From the IMG/VR virus record IMGVR_UViG_3300022200_000036: 64,000 nt of DNA; one strand, written 5' to 3'. Positions 17,923-27,785 of the stretch are shown piece after piece. A program made the position numbers and the translations under genes. Positions within the stretch are counted from its first letter, which is position 1, and every line of letters begins with the position of its first letter. The notes beneath the pieces are model-generated. The model did no database searches and had not been told where the DNA came from. It worked only from the letters and a program-made list of their open reading frames with translations. The stretch is from an uncultured virus (IMG/VR IMGVR_UViG_3300022200_000036). Taxonomy: Duplodnaviria > Heunggongvirae > Uroviricota > Caudoviricetes.

Positions 17923-18831
17923 TTAACGAATGTTAATTGGATAGCTAAACGATTTGTCTGGCATCTTCATTACAACAGAGCGACCAAAAAAAGTAAGGGG
18001 ATGTGCAGCAGCGGGAGCAGCATTTCCGCCTGGAATAGGCATGCCAGTTACAGCAGTTAATGCAGCTACCTGAGAAGGATCTATTGTTGGCATACCAGGG
18101 CCAATAGGTGTTTTTCTGTCAGCTGCTCCATACACAAAATCATATTTTTCATTTGCAGTATAACCATTTTGACTCGGACTAAACCAAACGCGACCAAGAG
18201 AAGTTTCAGCAGAAGTTAAAGGATTATTTGAAGAAGAAGTTCCGTAAGCTGAATAAGGAATATCACCTGTATCCATTCTTCGCAATCTGCTGCGAACTTC
18301 TGCAAGATTATTGTTTGCAAGCGTTCTCATAAAAGGCAACTGCATGCCGGCTGCCCCAGGAGAATTAAGCATTTGAGAAAGATTTTTTTCTTCTTTAATT
18401 GAGGCGTTGTAAATATCTTTTTGATATGCAGGATTATTTATGGTATTGCCTATTTCTTTTGTAAGCTCTGCTGGAATTTGCAATCCATCTGCGCCAATGC
18501 CCGTATAATATCTACCAAAAAGATTCACGCTAAAAGGTGCAGTATTTAAGCCTTTGGATATAGCTTGCTGGACAAAAGGAGGTGCTGCTTTTATTGAACG
18601 TTCGACAAACGGTTGGGCTTTAGCCAAACCGGTGGCTGTTGCATCAACTAAAGCTGCTTTTCTGCGAACAAAGTCAGAAGGTTGTTCATTTTTTGGAATA
18701 CCAGATCTTTGAAATGCTGCGCCAAGAGGAGTGGCTGCTCCACCAGGTAACAATCCACCAAAAATATTCTTGTCTACTTGGCCATAAGTGCGGCCTACGC
18801 GATTTAAAAACTTTTGAAATAATTCCATCAC
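17923..18831 (-). CDS. Hypothetical protein, possibly internal virion protein
   Basis: 302-aa Gly/Pro/Ala-rich ORF; ATGA-coupled. Confidence 0.7.
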   Translation of the reverse strand: MMELFQKFLNRVGRTYGQVDKNIFGGLLPGGAATPLGAAFQRSGIPKNEQPSDFVRRKAALVDATATGLAKAQPFVERSIKAAPPFVQQAISKGLNTAPFSVNLFGRYYTGIGADGLQIPAELTKEIGNTINNPAYQKDIYNASIKEEKNLSQMLNSPGAAGMQLPFMRTLANNNLAEVRSRLRRMDTGDIPYSAYGTSSSNNPLTSAETSLGRVWFSPSQNGYTANEKYDFVYGAADRKTPIGPGMPTIDPSQVAALTAVTGMPIPGGNAAPAAAHPLTFFGRSVVMKMPDKSFSYPINIR

Positions 18832-19112
18832 TTACTCTTCTTATACTTTTTGGCGGCAGACTTAGCCTTCTTTATTTTCTCATACTCGTCTTTTGTCATC
18901 CAAGATTCTTTGCCCCACTTCTCCAGAGACTTTTGCTTCTCACCTTTACCACCTTTATATCCACCACCAGCTTCTTCATACTCACGAGCTAACATCTGTG
19001 AGCGGCGTGCAGACCACTGACCTGGTTTGCCGCCCTTAGAACTATTCATGATGCGGTTTTTAATCCGCTCACGTAATTCTGGTTTAGTGTACTTGCTATC
19101 ATCCTGGGCCAT
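18828..19112 (-). CDS. DUF5872-like protein, N-terminal half
   Basis: YTKPELRERIK...KGGKPGQWSAR..Q..A.EY..AGGGY..QKSL.KW. Confidence 0.7.
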   Translation of the reverse strand: MAQDDSKYTKPELRERIKNRIMNSSKGGKPGQWSARRSQMLAREYEEAGGGYKGGKGEKQKSLEKWGKESWMTKDEYEKIKKAKSAAKKYKKSK

Positions 19113-19234
19113 CAGGATTTTTATTACGCTCTTCTAATATTTTACGCCACCTGCATGGACGCGATAATACCTGCTCCATTTCCTTAGCAGTCGGCTTAGG
19201 TATCGGTAACGTCGCTAGATATCTTTCGAGGCGT

Positions 19235-19447
19235 TCAGCCTCGGTAAGGATTCTTCTTTTCGCCATCCTTTTGAGCAAAAGCTTGCATTAAATCATCGAC
19301 TTGCTCCAATGATTCAATGCGAATCAAAAGATCAGACAGTGAATTAACGGTGATTGGATGCTCAGTGCGTGCTGCAAAAGCAAGGGCTTCACGTAAACAG
19401 GACGCTGCTTGATCCAGGGATTCTTTGACTTGGGTAGAGAGGGACAT
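19235..19447 (-). CDS. Hypothetical protein
   Basis: MSLSTQVKESLDQA..LR.ALAFAAR.E.P. Confidence 0.65.
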   Translation of the reverse strand: MSLSTQVKESLDQAASCLREALAFAARTEHPITVNSLSDLLIRIESLEQVDDLMQAFAQKDGEKKNPYRG

Positions 19448-19516
19448 CTCGGATTCTTTCGGTGTTCTTACTATAGGTGCAATCAACAACATCTGTGTAC
19501 TTAACGCCTCTACTAA

Positions 19517-20773
19517 CTATAGATCAAGACAATAGCTATAGCCATCAGCTTTAACTGGTGTGTTTACCAGGAAGCCATGGATGGTTTTCCCTACATAATG
19601 CAGGTCATCATAAGAAAGAGACGGTGATGTACCCAAGAAAAAGACGCGCTTGAGTACGTCATAAGCATTGGGAAAATCTTTGGCATTACCAAGATGTCGA
19701 TAAGCTGGATGCAACAGGAGATTGCCAGCAAAGTAGTTGCGTGTCTGGATACCAGAGCTTTCGAGATGCTGTTGTAAAGCCTGTTTAACATTTGGGTTGT
19801 CACATACAATTGGCACACCAAACCACGAGGTTTCTGCTAAAGGTTTCTCGCCAATGATCTTAACTTCTGCAGGGTAGTCCTGAAAATAATCCACAATTGT
19901 CTTGTAGTTAAGACGGCGAATTGTGTGGATTTCCTCAAATTTGTCCAGTTGTACTTGACCGACGGAACCCTGTAGATCCAACGGCTTTAAGTTGTAACCA
20001 ATCTGGCTGAATACATACTTGTGATCAATAACCACGTCATAATCAGGTAGCCATGCTTTGAAACGTTCACCACAAGAGCCATTGGCAAGTAGGTTGCACT
20101 GGCCCACGCAATAACAGTCGCGTCCCCACCAAGCAAACTGACGAGCGAGCTCTGTCAATCCAGGGAAACTAGAGGAGACCATACCCCCTTCAAAGGTTGT
20201 GATGTGGTGCGCCGGATAAAATGAACAAGATGCAGCGGCTGCATACTTTGTCAGATACTCGCCATCCCACTTAGAGCCAAGGGAATCACAATTGTCTGCT
20301 ACATAAAGGATGGAGTGCGCATCACAGATATCGAGTAGACGATCCAGATCGTAACTATTACCCAAAACAGGGCTACTGAATACAGCAACGGTTTTGTCCG
20401 TGATCGCATCTTCTACTTGATCTAAGTCCCAATTCAAATCATCCCATGTAATATCCACAAACTTAGGAGTCAGGCCATTCTGAATAATTGGATTGACGGT
20501 GGTCGGGAACCCAACAACACTGACAATAACCTCAGCGCCATCCGGCCAATCAAAATATTTTTTCAGCGCAGCAATCATTACCAAGTTGGCAGAGCTGCCG
20601 CTGTTCACCATAAGAGATGAAGTAAACCCAAACTTCTTGGAGAAAGCGCGTTCAAATTTATCGACCTCCTTGCCCGCTGGGTACCAAGCTCCTTCACGTA
20701 AGGTGGAGATTGCAGCCTCTACTTCGGTCCCGTCAAAGTACGGACCGGAGTACAAAACTTTTGAGCGTGACAT
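19517..20773 (-). CDS. rfbH: RfbH/E1-like NDP-4-keto-6-deoxyglucose 3-dehydratase (DegT/DnrJ family)
   Basis: VNSGSSANL, DNCDSLG, SFYPAHHITTFEGG (His in place of the PLP Lys), WGRDCYC..C [2Fe-2S] motif, GYNLKP.D.Q. Confidence 0.88.
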   Translation of the reverse strand: MSRSKVLYSGPYFDGTEVEAAISTLREGAWYPAGKEVDKFERAFSKKFGFTSSLMVNSGSSANLVMIAALKKYFDWPDGAEVIVSVVGFPTTVNPIIQNGLTPKFVDITWDDLNWDLDQVEDAITDKTVAVFSSPVLGNSYDLDRLLDICDAHSILYVADNCDSLGSKWDGEYLTKYAAAASCSFYPAHHITTFEGGMVSSSFPGLTELARQFAWWGRDCYCVGQCNLLANGSCGERFKAWLPDYDVVIDHKYVFSQIGYNLKPLDLQGSVGQVQLDKFEEIHTIRRLNYKTIVDYFQDYPAEVKIIGEKPLAETSWFGVPIVCDNPNVKQALQQHLESSGIQTRNYFAGNLLLHPAYRHLGNAKDFPNAYDVLKRVFFLGTSPSLSYDDLHYVGKTIHGFLVNTPVKADGYSYCLDL

Positions 20774-21564
20774 AAATCTTCCAGCCCATCACGAAGGGAT
20801 ATGCAAGGCGTATAGCCAAGGTTGAAAAGCCTGGTGCAATCCAAGCTAAACCTGATGGCTTGATTATAACTACCTTTGGCGGGGATGATAGTTATTTTGC
20901 TGTCTGAACCTAAAGATTGTTTGCAGTACTCAACGCAGTCAAAAAGCGTGGTCTCAATCCCAGTACCAATGTTGTAGATGGTATTGAGATTTCCTTTGCG
21001 ACATGCGTGGTTGATGCCTCGACACACATCTTGGATGTGAATGTAGTCACGAGACAAGCCTCGATACACCTCAATATCTTTATCTTTTCTTAAGAATTGA
21101 ATAATACGGTGAAGGGCATTGCGCTTTTCTGTACCCTTATCAGGGCCACCATAAACATTTCCAAGACGTAAGATACGCCAATTCATATCATGAGCCTGGC
21201 AGTACTCCATAACTAACTTCTCGGCTGCATACTTAGTTACAGAATAAAAACCATTGGGATCACAGATGGCATATTCCGTAGGCTTGGTATATTTGGGTCC
21301 GTAAACAAACCAACTGCTGACAAAGTTAAATGTCTTGACGCCAAAGTCTTTACAGTGTGCCAAGTGATCAGCTAACACCGTAAGGTTTGTGTGAATGTCA
21401 AGCTGAGGATTGGTATGGATATTGGAGTTGTCGGTGGTACTAATTAGGTATAAAACATCTTCCGTGAATGGGACTGCATATCCACGGGGCACATATTCTC
21501 CGCCGTACATGCCACGGTAGTAACTACCAATGATTCCGGTGCCGCCGTAAAGTGTTAGATCCAT
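20719..21564 (-). CDS. NAD-dependent epimerase/dehydratase (extended SDR)
   Basis: GGTGIIG, SSWFVYG, YSVTK (YxxxK), RLGNVYG, RDYIHI.D. Confidence 0.9.
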   Translation of the reverse strand: MDLTLYGGTGIIGSYYRGMYGGEYVPRGYAVPFTEDVLYLISTTDNSNIHTNPQLDIHTNLTVLADHLAHCKDFGVKTFNFVSSWFVYGPKYTKPTEYAICDPNGFYSVTKYAAEKLVMEYCQAHDMNWRILRLGNVYGGPDKGTEKRNALHRIIQFLRKDKDIEVYRGLSRDYIHIQDVCRGINHACRKGNLNTIYNIGTGIETTLFDCVEYCKQSLGSDSKITIIPAKGSYNQAIRFSLDCTRLFNLGYTPCISLRDGLEDLCHAQKFCTPVRTLTGPK

Positions 21565-21565
21565 T

Positions 21566-22273
21566 TCAGTTGTACAAGTCGGCGGTGTACCAAAGGTCAT
21601 TGTAGTTGTTTACACCGGTAGCGCCAAGAGATTTGAGGTCGCCCCCAGAGGAAGGTTTCTTTAACGCAAAAATTGTTCCATCTGGTAGAACAAGGGCTTT
21701 GTTCTTGTTGTAATGATTGGGTGTCAATTCGACAGAATCACCAAAAATTACTTTGTCATCAATGTTACTTACAGCAATTGCCTTGCCCCATGCAGTGGGG
21801 CCTGTAGGACATAACGGTGTCAAGCCATAGTAATTGTCTTCGATGTTACGAACAATCTGAAAGATTGCTTCATCTAATACTTCATTATCAGGAACTGTGT
21901 AAAACGCAGCGCCATCACACGCCCAAGACACTTTTGTGTATAAGTTGATATCACGGAACGCAAGTAGTCTGCAATCATCAGGTAATTTGACTCCCGTCTG
22001 ACAACGCAAGGAGATATCAAAGTACCAGCCACCAACTATATTGGCGATGCAGTAACGTGCCAGGTCACACTTGTAGGAGTAGGGTTTGACCTTGCGGTAA
22101 GCATTAATAACATCCTCGCCATAGTGCTCTTCCAGGAATTGTTCAACCTCTTGATTGTTGTAGATCTTGTGAGGTAGATCTGGGAAGCAGCTACGCACGG
22201 AATCAGTTGCTTGCTTTAAGAAAAGAGGCAGAGCTGAATCATTATCAGTTAAGTAGATTTGCGTGATCTGCAT
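21566..22273 (-). CDS. GT32/Och1-like glycosyltransferase
   Basis: KCDLARY.I....GGWYFD...TGP. Confidence 0.8.
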   Translation of the reverse strand: MQITQIYLTDNDSALPLFLKQATDSVRSCFPDLPHKIYNNQEVEQFLEEHYGEDVINAYRKVKPYSYKCDLARYCIANIVGGWYFDISLRCQTGVKLPDDCRLLAFRDINLYTKVSWACDGAAFYTVPDNEVLDEAIFQIVRNIEDNYYGLTPLCPTGPTAWGKAIAVSNIDDKVIFGDSVELTPNHYNKNKALVLPDGTIFALKKPSSGGDLKSLGATGVNNYNDLWYTADLYN

Positions 22274-22275
22274 AA

Positions 22276-22938
22276 TTATCGATAAAGGACGAAAGGAATT
22301 TCTTGAATCTTTTGGGAACCAAAGAAGTGCTCTTTATTTAAGAACACTGCTGTAAGCAAACGCTCCATCAAGAAGGCTGGGCCACGCCTATTGTAACCAC
22401 CTTGAGATGTAAAGTAGTCTTTAGCCTCTTCCCAAATAGGGAGGAGGATGTCAAACACAACATCAAAGTATTGGTTCATGGCATCGTTTGGACCCATCAC
22501 CTGGAGCGTTTCAAAGAACTTAGGTTGAGACCACATCTCCAAAAGCATCTCCTCAGTCAATGGAATCTTCTTGGCACGTGCCATCTCTAAAGACAACTCC
22601 ACAGTTTCATCCAGGCCGCCACCATGGCCTTGAGAAAACTGTTGTTGCACTGAAAACGGGAAGGTGACATGGCGTGGGATATACAACGTGTCATCCTCAG
22701 CGGTACTAAGGAATCGTTCCTCCCAATTGCGACGGTAATTTACAATACCAAAAAATGGATCTGTACACTCGTTCCAGAGAGTGTACATGCAGCTAAGCTC
22801 ACCCCAATATGGATTAACGTCTGCATGTGGCCCTTGATCTCCATAAAATGAGATAATGCGGGCATTGGAATCAAACCTCACATGACAATGCTCCAGGCAT
22901 ACGGCATATAAGGTAATATCCTTGGCGGCAAGCTTCAC
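22276..22938 (-). CDS. DUF4422-like putative glycosyltransferase
   Basis: NPYWGELS.MY.LW...GIVNYRR...R.PAFLMERL. Confidence 0.65.
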   Translation of the reverse strand: MKLAAKDITLYAVCLEHCHVRFDSNARIISFYGDQGPHADVNPYWGELSCMYTLWNECTDPFFGIVNYRRNWEERFLSTAEDDTLYIPRHVTFPFSVQQQFSQGHGGGLDETVELSLEMARAKKIPLTEEMLLEMWSQPKFFETLQVMGPNDAMNQYFDVVFDILLPIWEEAKDYFTSQGGYNRRGPAFLMERLLTAVFLNKEHFFGSQKIQEIPFVLYR

Positions 22939-22949
22939 AACGCCATTGG

Positions 22950-23111
22950 TTACAGATCAATCCGAGTATAAGGGATATCTTGTTGCTTTAGTTCCAGTTC
23001 TCGTTGATCTGCTTCAATGGTTTCGACATCCTCAAATACCAGGCCTTCAAAGCAGCCAGTTCGACAATCGTCATCAAAGTCGTAATAGAAGCGTGTAAGG
23101 TTGGATCCCAT
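22950..23111 (-). CDS. Small acidic hypothetical protein; not in the ORF track
   Basis: MGSNLTRFYYDFDDDCRTGCFEGLVFEDVE... Confidence 0.45.
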   Translation of the reverse strand: MGSNLTRFYYDFDDDCRTGCFEGLVFEDVETIEADQRELELKQQDIPYTRIDL

Positions 23112-23269
23112 GGTCATTGACGTGAGAGGACTTCAGTAAAGAAGAGGTAGGCATCCATACTAATCACAAGAAACATGGCGCCCAGGATCGAGGCAATCGC
23201 GTAATTAAAGTCGTCCACTGCACTCCAGTTCTTTTCATGCTAAATTAGCAGCAATATACAAAACCATCA

Positions 23270-24124
23270 ATGGTTGCTAAAATAAATACACACGATCCTT
23301 GGATTAAGGCCAAGGATAAGCAACCAGAAATGATGCGGTCGATTAACCGGACCGCAGCCAGAATTACGCTTAACGGAAAACGTCACTATACAACGCCGTT
23401 ACCCACTGGCCCTGCACCGTCCGTAACTACTATCATTAGTGAAACAGCTTCCGAAGCAAACAAACGGAAGCTTGAAATGTGGTCAAAAGCAAACCCAGGT
23501 GTCAAAGAACAAGCGGCCGAGCGAGGCACTGCCATTCACTATGGTATGGAGCAGTACCTCAAAGGGGACAAAAACCCTGAAATCAAAGAGGAATATGCAG
23601 ACTTTTGGGCAGGTATGCCAGCAATTCTGGATCAATTCCAGGAAGTCCTTTGGGCCGAGTCCCCTGTTCTGGATAAGTTTGACTTCACTATTGGCGCTGA
23701 TGATGTTGCTCGTGTATGGGGTTGTGACGGAGAAGGACGTGCTTGGGCTGGTGCCCCTGATATTATTGCCGTCGCTAATAATAAACTTACGCTCGCTGAT
23801 CTGAAAACCAGCGTCAAACCATATAGCCGCAAGTGGCCCAAAGATTTGGAGAAGGGCTCCCAAGAGTGGCGTGACTTGCTCGGCGGTCATATGAAATTTA
23901 AAAAAACATGTAAACAACTGGCTGCATACGACATTGCTATTGAACAAACCTTAGGAATGAAAGTACAGCAGGCGGCAATTCTTGTGTCTACTCCGGTACG
24001 TACCCAGGTTTTTAAAATCTCTCGAAGGTTTTTAGATTCCCTTCGGGAAGATTGGTACAAGATTGTTGAGGAGTATTACGCCCAGGTGACCAACTGTAAT
24101 GTCTATGATCCAGATCTAATTTAG
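23270..24124 (+). CDS. PD-(D/E)xK exonuclease
   Basis: PSVTTI...RGTAIH...E...AGAPD...DLKTS...QLAAY. Confidence 0.88.
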   Translation: MVAKINTHDPWIKAKDKQPEMMRSINRTAARITLNGKRHYTTPLPTGPAPSVTTIISETASEANKRKLEMWSKANPGVKEQAAERGTAIHYGMEQYLKGDKNPEIKEEYADFWAGMPAILDQFQEVLWAESPVLDKFDFTIGADDVARVWGCDGEGRAWAGAPDIIAVANNKLTLADLKTSVKPYSRKWPKDLEKGSQEWRDLLGGHMKFKKTCKQLAAYDIAIEQTLGMKVQQAAILVSTPVRTQVFKISRRFLDSLREDWYKIVEEYYAQVTNCNVYDPDLI

Positions 24125-24663
24125 AAATTGCGCATCATACTGGCAAGGCCACCAGCAAAGGTGTCGCGTTGACGTGCACGGTTAGATTGAGCTGCCTGAC
24201 GCATCTTGGAACCTTCAAGACGGCCAATTAAAGTTTCAAAATCTTGAAGCTCGGCATCAGACATACCACCGCCATATTGTTTGCTAAGGCTTTCATTTAC
24301 CAATTCAGAACGCGTATCCTCATCAATATCGCTAAGACCTCGAATATCTCCTGTGCGACGCTCACCTTCACTTAAACTAGCCAAGGCATCCTTGTATTTT
24401 TTTTGGTTTATAGTGTTTTGTCCCCAGTTTTCAAAATGTACCCGTGCAAGTTGATCAGGACTAAACTCAGAGGCATCCTTTGCTGATGTACCATATTTTT
24501 TATTGGCACGATCAACCCACCTTTGTTCCCAACCACTTGTATCTTTACCGTAGCGTTGTGTATAATCCTTTCCTGTATCAATACCTGCCTGACGTGCGTC
24601 AGAAATGTAAGTAACAGCGTCAGGCCGTGCTTTTAAGTAAGCAGCAAGATTAAAATTCGTCAT
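24121..24663 (-). CDS. Putative internal virion protein; C-terminus paralogous to 62642..62950
   Basis: C-terminal YGGGMSDAELQDFETLI.RLEGSK.RQAAQ.NRARQRDTFAGGLASMM.NF is shared. Confidence 0.75.
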   Translation of the reverse strand: MTNFNLAAYLKARPDAVTYISDARQAGIDTGKDYTQRYGKDTSGWEQRWVDRANKKYGTSAKDASEFSPDQLARVHFENWGQNTINQKKYKDALASLSEGERRTGDIRGLSDIDEDTRSELVNESLSKQYGGGMSDAELQDFETLIGRLEGSKMRQAAQSNRARQRDTFAGGLASMMRNF

Positions 24664-24715
24664 TTTTTTGCTCTTTTCGTCTAGTCTAAGACAATGAACC
24701 CAGGCACCTGGTACA

Positions 24716-24907
24716 TTGACGGCTTACAACACCAACGGCAAGATGGAGTGCAGGAAGCGTCTCGCATGGCAGATCGCAAGTGAGCGTTCGGTAGTCACCA
24801 GGGAAGATGCTGTAGAGCTATACCACAAGATGATGAAAGAATTTGAAGCAATTGATAAAAGGGCTAAATATAAAGAAGCTGAGTCTAGTGAGTCTCAACA
24901 AACTTAA
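24716..24907 (+). CDS. Hypothetical protein
   Basis: 63-aa ORF. Confidence 0.5.
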   Translation: MTAYNTNGKMECRKRLAWQIASERSVVTREDAVELYHKMMKEFEAIDKRAKYKEAESSESQQT

Positions 24908-24972
24908 TACATCCTTGGTGGTCCGCACGGTTTAGCGGCCGTAGGATAAGAAGACACACAACTGAGCCCTCC

Positions 24973-25161
24973 ATGGACATCCACGTGATCTGCGTGGGTG
25001 AGTGGATGAATACTCTCCTGAGCCGCATGAACAGTGCGGTGGATGGGGATTGTTTTGTCCTGCCCACCCTTATGCATCTCCATGCCTACAACATCCTAAA
25101 GGAAGGCTCATTCCCAGAGAAAGATCTTAAAGTAGAAGTCCTGCAGCAAACGGAAGTATGA
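24973..25161 (+). CDS. Hypothetical protein
   Basis: ATGA-coupled to the primase gene. Confidence 0.6.
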   Translation: MDIHVICVGEWMNTLLSRMNSAVDGDCFVLPTLMHLHAYNILKEGSFPEKDLKVEVLQQTEV

Positions 25162-27785
25162 CAAGCCAAAATCAACAAGCTCTTAAGCCTGGCGAAATTA
25201 GGCTTGATCTCATCCCTATTGACTGGCCCCTAACACCACTAGGCGCAAATAAAGATCCTTACGTCCAGGGCTGGCAAAACAAACCATTTAGCGTCAAAGA
25301 AATTGAAGAAGAACTTGCAACAGGTGACTGCAAAGCAATTGGCGTACTTGGCGGCCCTGCCTACAACCATCCTTATGGTTTGGTTTGGGTTGATGTTGAT
25401 GGATCAAGCGTCTACAAACTCATCGAAGAGATCAGTGGTCTCTCCCTACAAGATGCGTTGCCTGCCTCCCTTACCATCTGCAGCGGTAAAGAGGGAAGGG
25501 AGCGTCGACTCTACAAACTAAACCGCGATAAACACAAACACTTCATCCGTAACAAATACACCTGGCACGCAAGTGGTAACAAAGAAAAGCTTGAGATCCT
25601 GTGGAAAAAACATCAGGGTGTTTTGATGGGTTTACATCCAGAAACTGATGGCTACTACACCAAAGAAGGCCTTGGTTTTGAATGGGTTGATAAGCTGCCT
25701 GAATTCCCAGAATGGTTGCTAAATAGCATCATCACCAAAAACGCCAAGCAGGGAAAACCGGCGCAGGAAGTATCACGATTCATCGGTCCCAACTTCGCTG
25801 TCCAAACCAAAGTCGATCTCGAACGGGATATCCAAGTAGCTACTGAAGCCATGTGGGGTATGCCTCCAGAGGCGACGGATGACTATGACATCTGGATCAT
25901 GGTTGGTCAATCGCTTCATAGCTTGGATGAATCGTTGCTGGACCAATGGGATGAATGGTCCAAACAATCCGATAAGTACAAAGATGGTGAGTGCCATAAG
26001 CGTTGGTTGTCGTTTAGTAAAGGTGGTGGTCGTGGTATCGGCTCACTCATTCATGTTGCGAAGGAGAATGGCTGGGCTCCTTCCGAGGATCACCGGGCAC
26101 TTCCTGTTGATGATGCGACACTAACAGCTGTGTCCAAACTTCTTCCTGATCTTGAGCAAGACACTTTAGAGCACATGGAAAAGCTGGCTGAACTTGAAGC
26201 TCCTTCAACACGTAACCATCAATCCACTCAAAAGTGGCAGGTGTTGCCTCAAGACAACTCAAAAGAGCCAAAAGATGCACGGGGGCGGAACCAATCATCG
26301 AACGTAGTGGCAGACCATGTACTCAGTATGTATATGGGCAACCTGCTGTTTAGTCAACCGCATAATCAATTTTTCTTATACGACCCACGGGCAGGTCTTT
26401 GGTCCAAACTCACAAAGATCGAAATGTTTGGCACCATCCGAGAGAAGATGCAGATGTTAACAAAATCCAATACACTGCCGCGTGGCTTTAATCACAGCCT
26501 CATGGAAGATGTCTATAAGCAGCTCCAGGCTTTGGTGCCGTTTGATGAGTGGTATGACGGATCGGATTACCTCTTATTCACTAATGGTGTGCTTGAGGTA
26601 GCAACCAGGGAGTTGCAACCGTTTAACAAAAAGCTGTTCATGACGCAACAGATGCCATATGAATATGATCCCTACGCCACATGTGAAGACATTATTAAAT
26701 GGTTGAAGTACACACAACACAACTCTTGGAATCGTACACAAGTGCTTAGGGCATGGCTACGGGCAACACTGCTTGGCACCTATGAGATTCAAAAGTTCCT
26801 GGAAATTGTAGGTCCAGGTAAGTCGGGTAAATCTACTTACGCAAACCTAGCAGTTGCATTGGTTGGTAAAAGCAATACTTACTCCACTGACTTCGAAAAC
26901 ATGGAAAAGAACCGTTTTGAAGCAGCGGCATACATGGGTAAAAAACTTCTGCTGTTCCAAGATGCTGATCGTTGGGGTGGTTCCGTGTCACGCCTGAAAG
27001 CAATCACTGGTAATGACTGGATTCGCTCTGAGCGCAAGTATCAAGGGGAAACGGCAGATCCATTCCAGTACCACGGGATGGTAATCATTACTGCCAATGA
27101 AGCTATCCAGTCCACTGACTACACATCAGGGCTTGCTCGTCGGCGTCTCACGATTCCATTCGACCGTCCATTTACTGGTGGACAAGCAGAACAACGTGAG
27201 CTGATCAAATTCGACAACAAAGGTAATCCACAGGGCGAGTTTGCTCCCTTATTGCCAGGGCTTGTGAACTGGCTATTGGATATGAATGAAGATGACATGC
27301 GTTCCTATCTGATGGAGACCGCACGTCACGTCGATTTCTTCCAGGTATATGAAAAAGAACAAAGCCTACGTTCTAACCCAGTACTGGACTGGATGAGTCA
27401 GCATGTCATCTTTGATCCAGGCGTATGTTCAATTATTGGTAGATGCATCCCAGCTCAAGGCTCCAGTAACTACTATCAACATTGGCAGCAATGGCTCTAT
27501 CCAAGCTACGTCGAGTTCTGTCGTGGCTGTAACGTAGGCTTCGTAGGACGCAGTCGATTTGAAATGCTGTTCCTCGATATCTGCAAAAACCAGCTCAAGT
27601 TAAATGTTTATAGCAAAAAACAATCTAAAGGACTACGCGTGTTTAATACCGCCGTACGTGAAACAAACCCAAATAAATACGAACACTACCCCTCCATTGT
27701 AGAAGTGGCTTCTGATCCGGAAAAATACAAAGAGTTATATGGCATGGATATAAGAGCAGACTCAGTATCCTCTAGCGAGCCGTAA
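25158..27785 (+). CDS. Primase-helicase: Prim-Pol + PriCT-2 + D5-like SF3 helicase
   Basis: K.P...GW...VWVDVDG; DYDIWI.VG.SLH...WDEWS.QS.KY; Walker A GPGKSGKS; LKAITG.D.I..ERKY; RRR. Confidence 0.92.
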   Translation: MTSQNQQALKPGEIRLDLIPIDWPLTPLGANKDPYVQGWQNKPFSVKEIEEELATGDCKAIGVLGGPAYNHPYGLVWVDVDGSSVYKLIEEISGLSLQDALPASLTICSGKEGRERRLYKLNRDKHKHFIRNKYTWHASGNKEKLEILWKKHQGVLMGLHPETDGYYTKEGLGFEWVDKLPEFPEWLLNSIITKNAKQGKPAQEVSRFIGPNFAVQTKVDLERDIQVATEAMWGMPPEATDDYDIWIMVGQSLHSLDESLLDQWDEWSKQSDKYKDGECHKRWLSFSKGGGRGIGSLIHVAKENGWAPSEDHRALPVDDATLTAVSKLLPDLEQDTLEHMEKLAELEAPSTRNHQSTQKWQVLPQDNSKEPKDARGRNQSSNVVADHVLSMYMGNLLFSQPHNQFFLYDPRAGLWSKLTKIEMFGTIREKMQMLTKSNTLPRGFNHSLMEDVYKQLQALVPFDEWYDGSDYLLFTNGVLEVATRELQPFNKKLFMTQQMPYEYDPYATCEDIIKWLKYTQHNSWNRTQVLRAWLRATLLGTYEIQKFLEIVGPGKSGKSTYANLAVALVGKSNTYSTDFENMEKNRFEAAAYMGKKLLLFQDADRWGGSVSRLKAITGNDWIRSERKYQGETADPFQYHGMVIITANEAIQSTDYTSGLARRRLTIPFDRPFTGGQAEQRELIKFDNKGNPQGEFAPLLPGLVNWLLDMNEDDMRSYLMETARHVDFFQVYEKEQSLRSNPVLDWMSQHVIFDPGVCSIIGRCIPAQGSSNYYQHWQQWLYPSYVEFCRGCNVGFVGRSRFEMLFLDICKNQLKLNVYSKKQSKGLRVFNTAVRETNPNKYEHYPSIVEVASDPEKYKELYGMDIRADSVSSSEP

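Noticed and set aside
23270..24124. Cas4 / CRISPR-associated gene
   Set aside because: A PD-(D/E)xK nuclease without the four-Cys Fe-S pattern and with no cas context.
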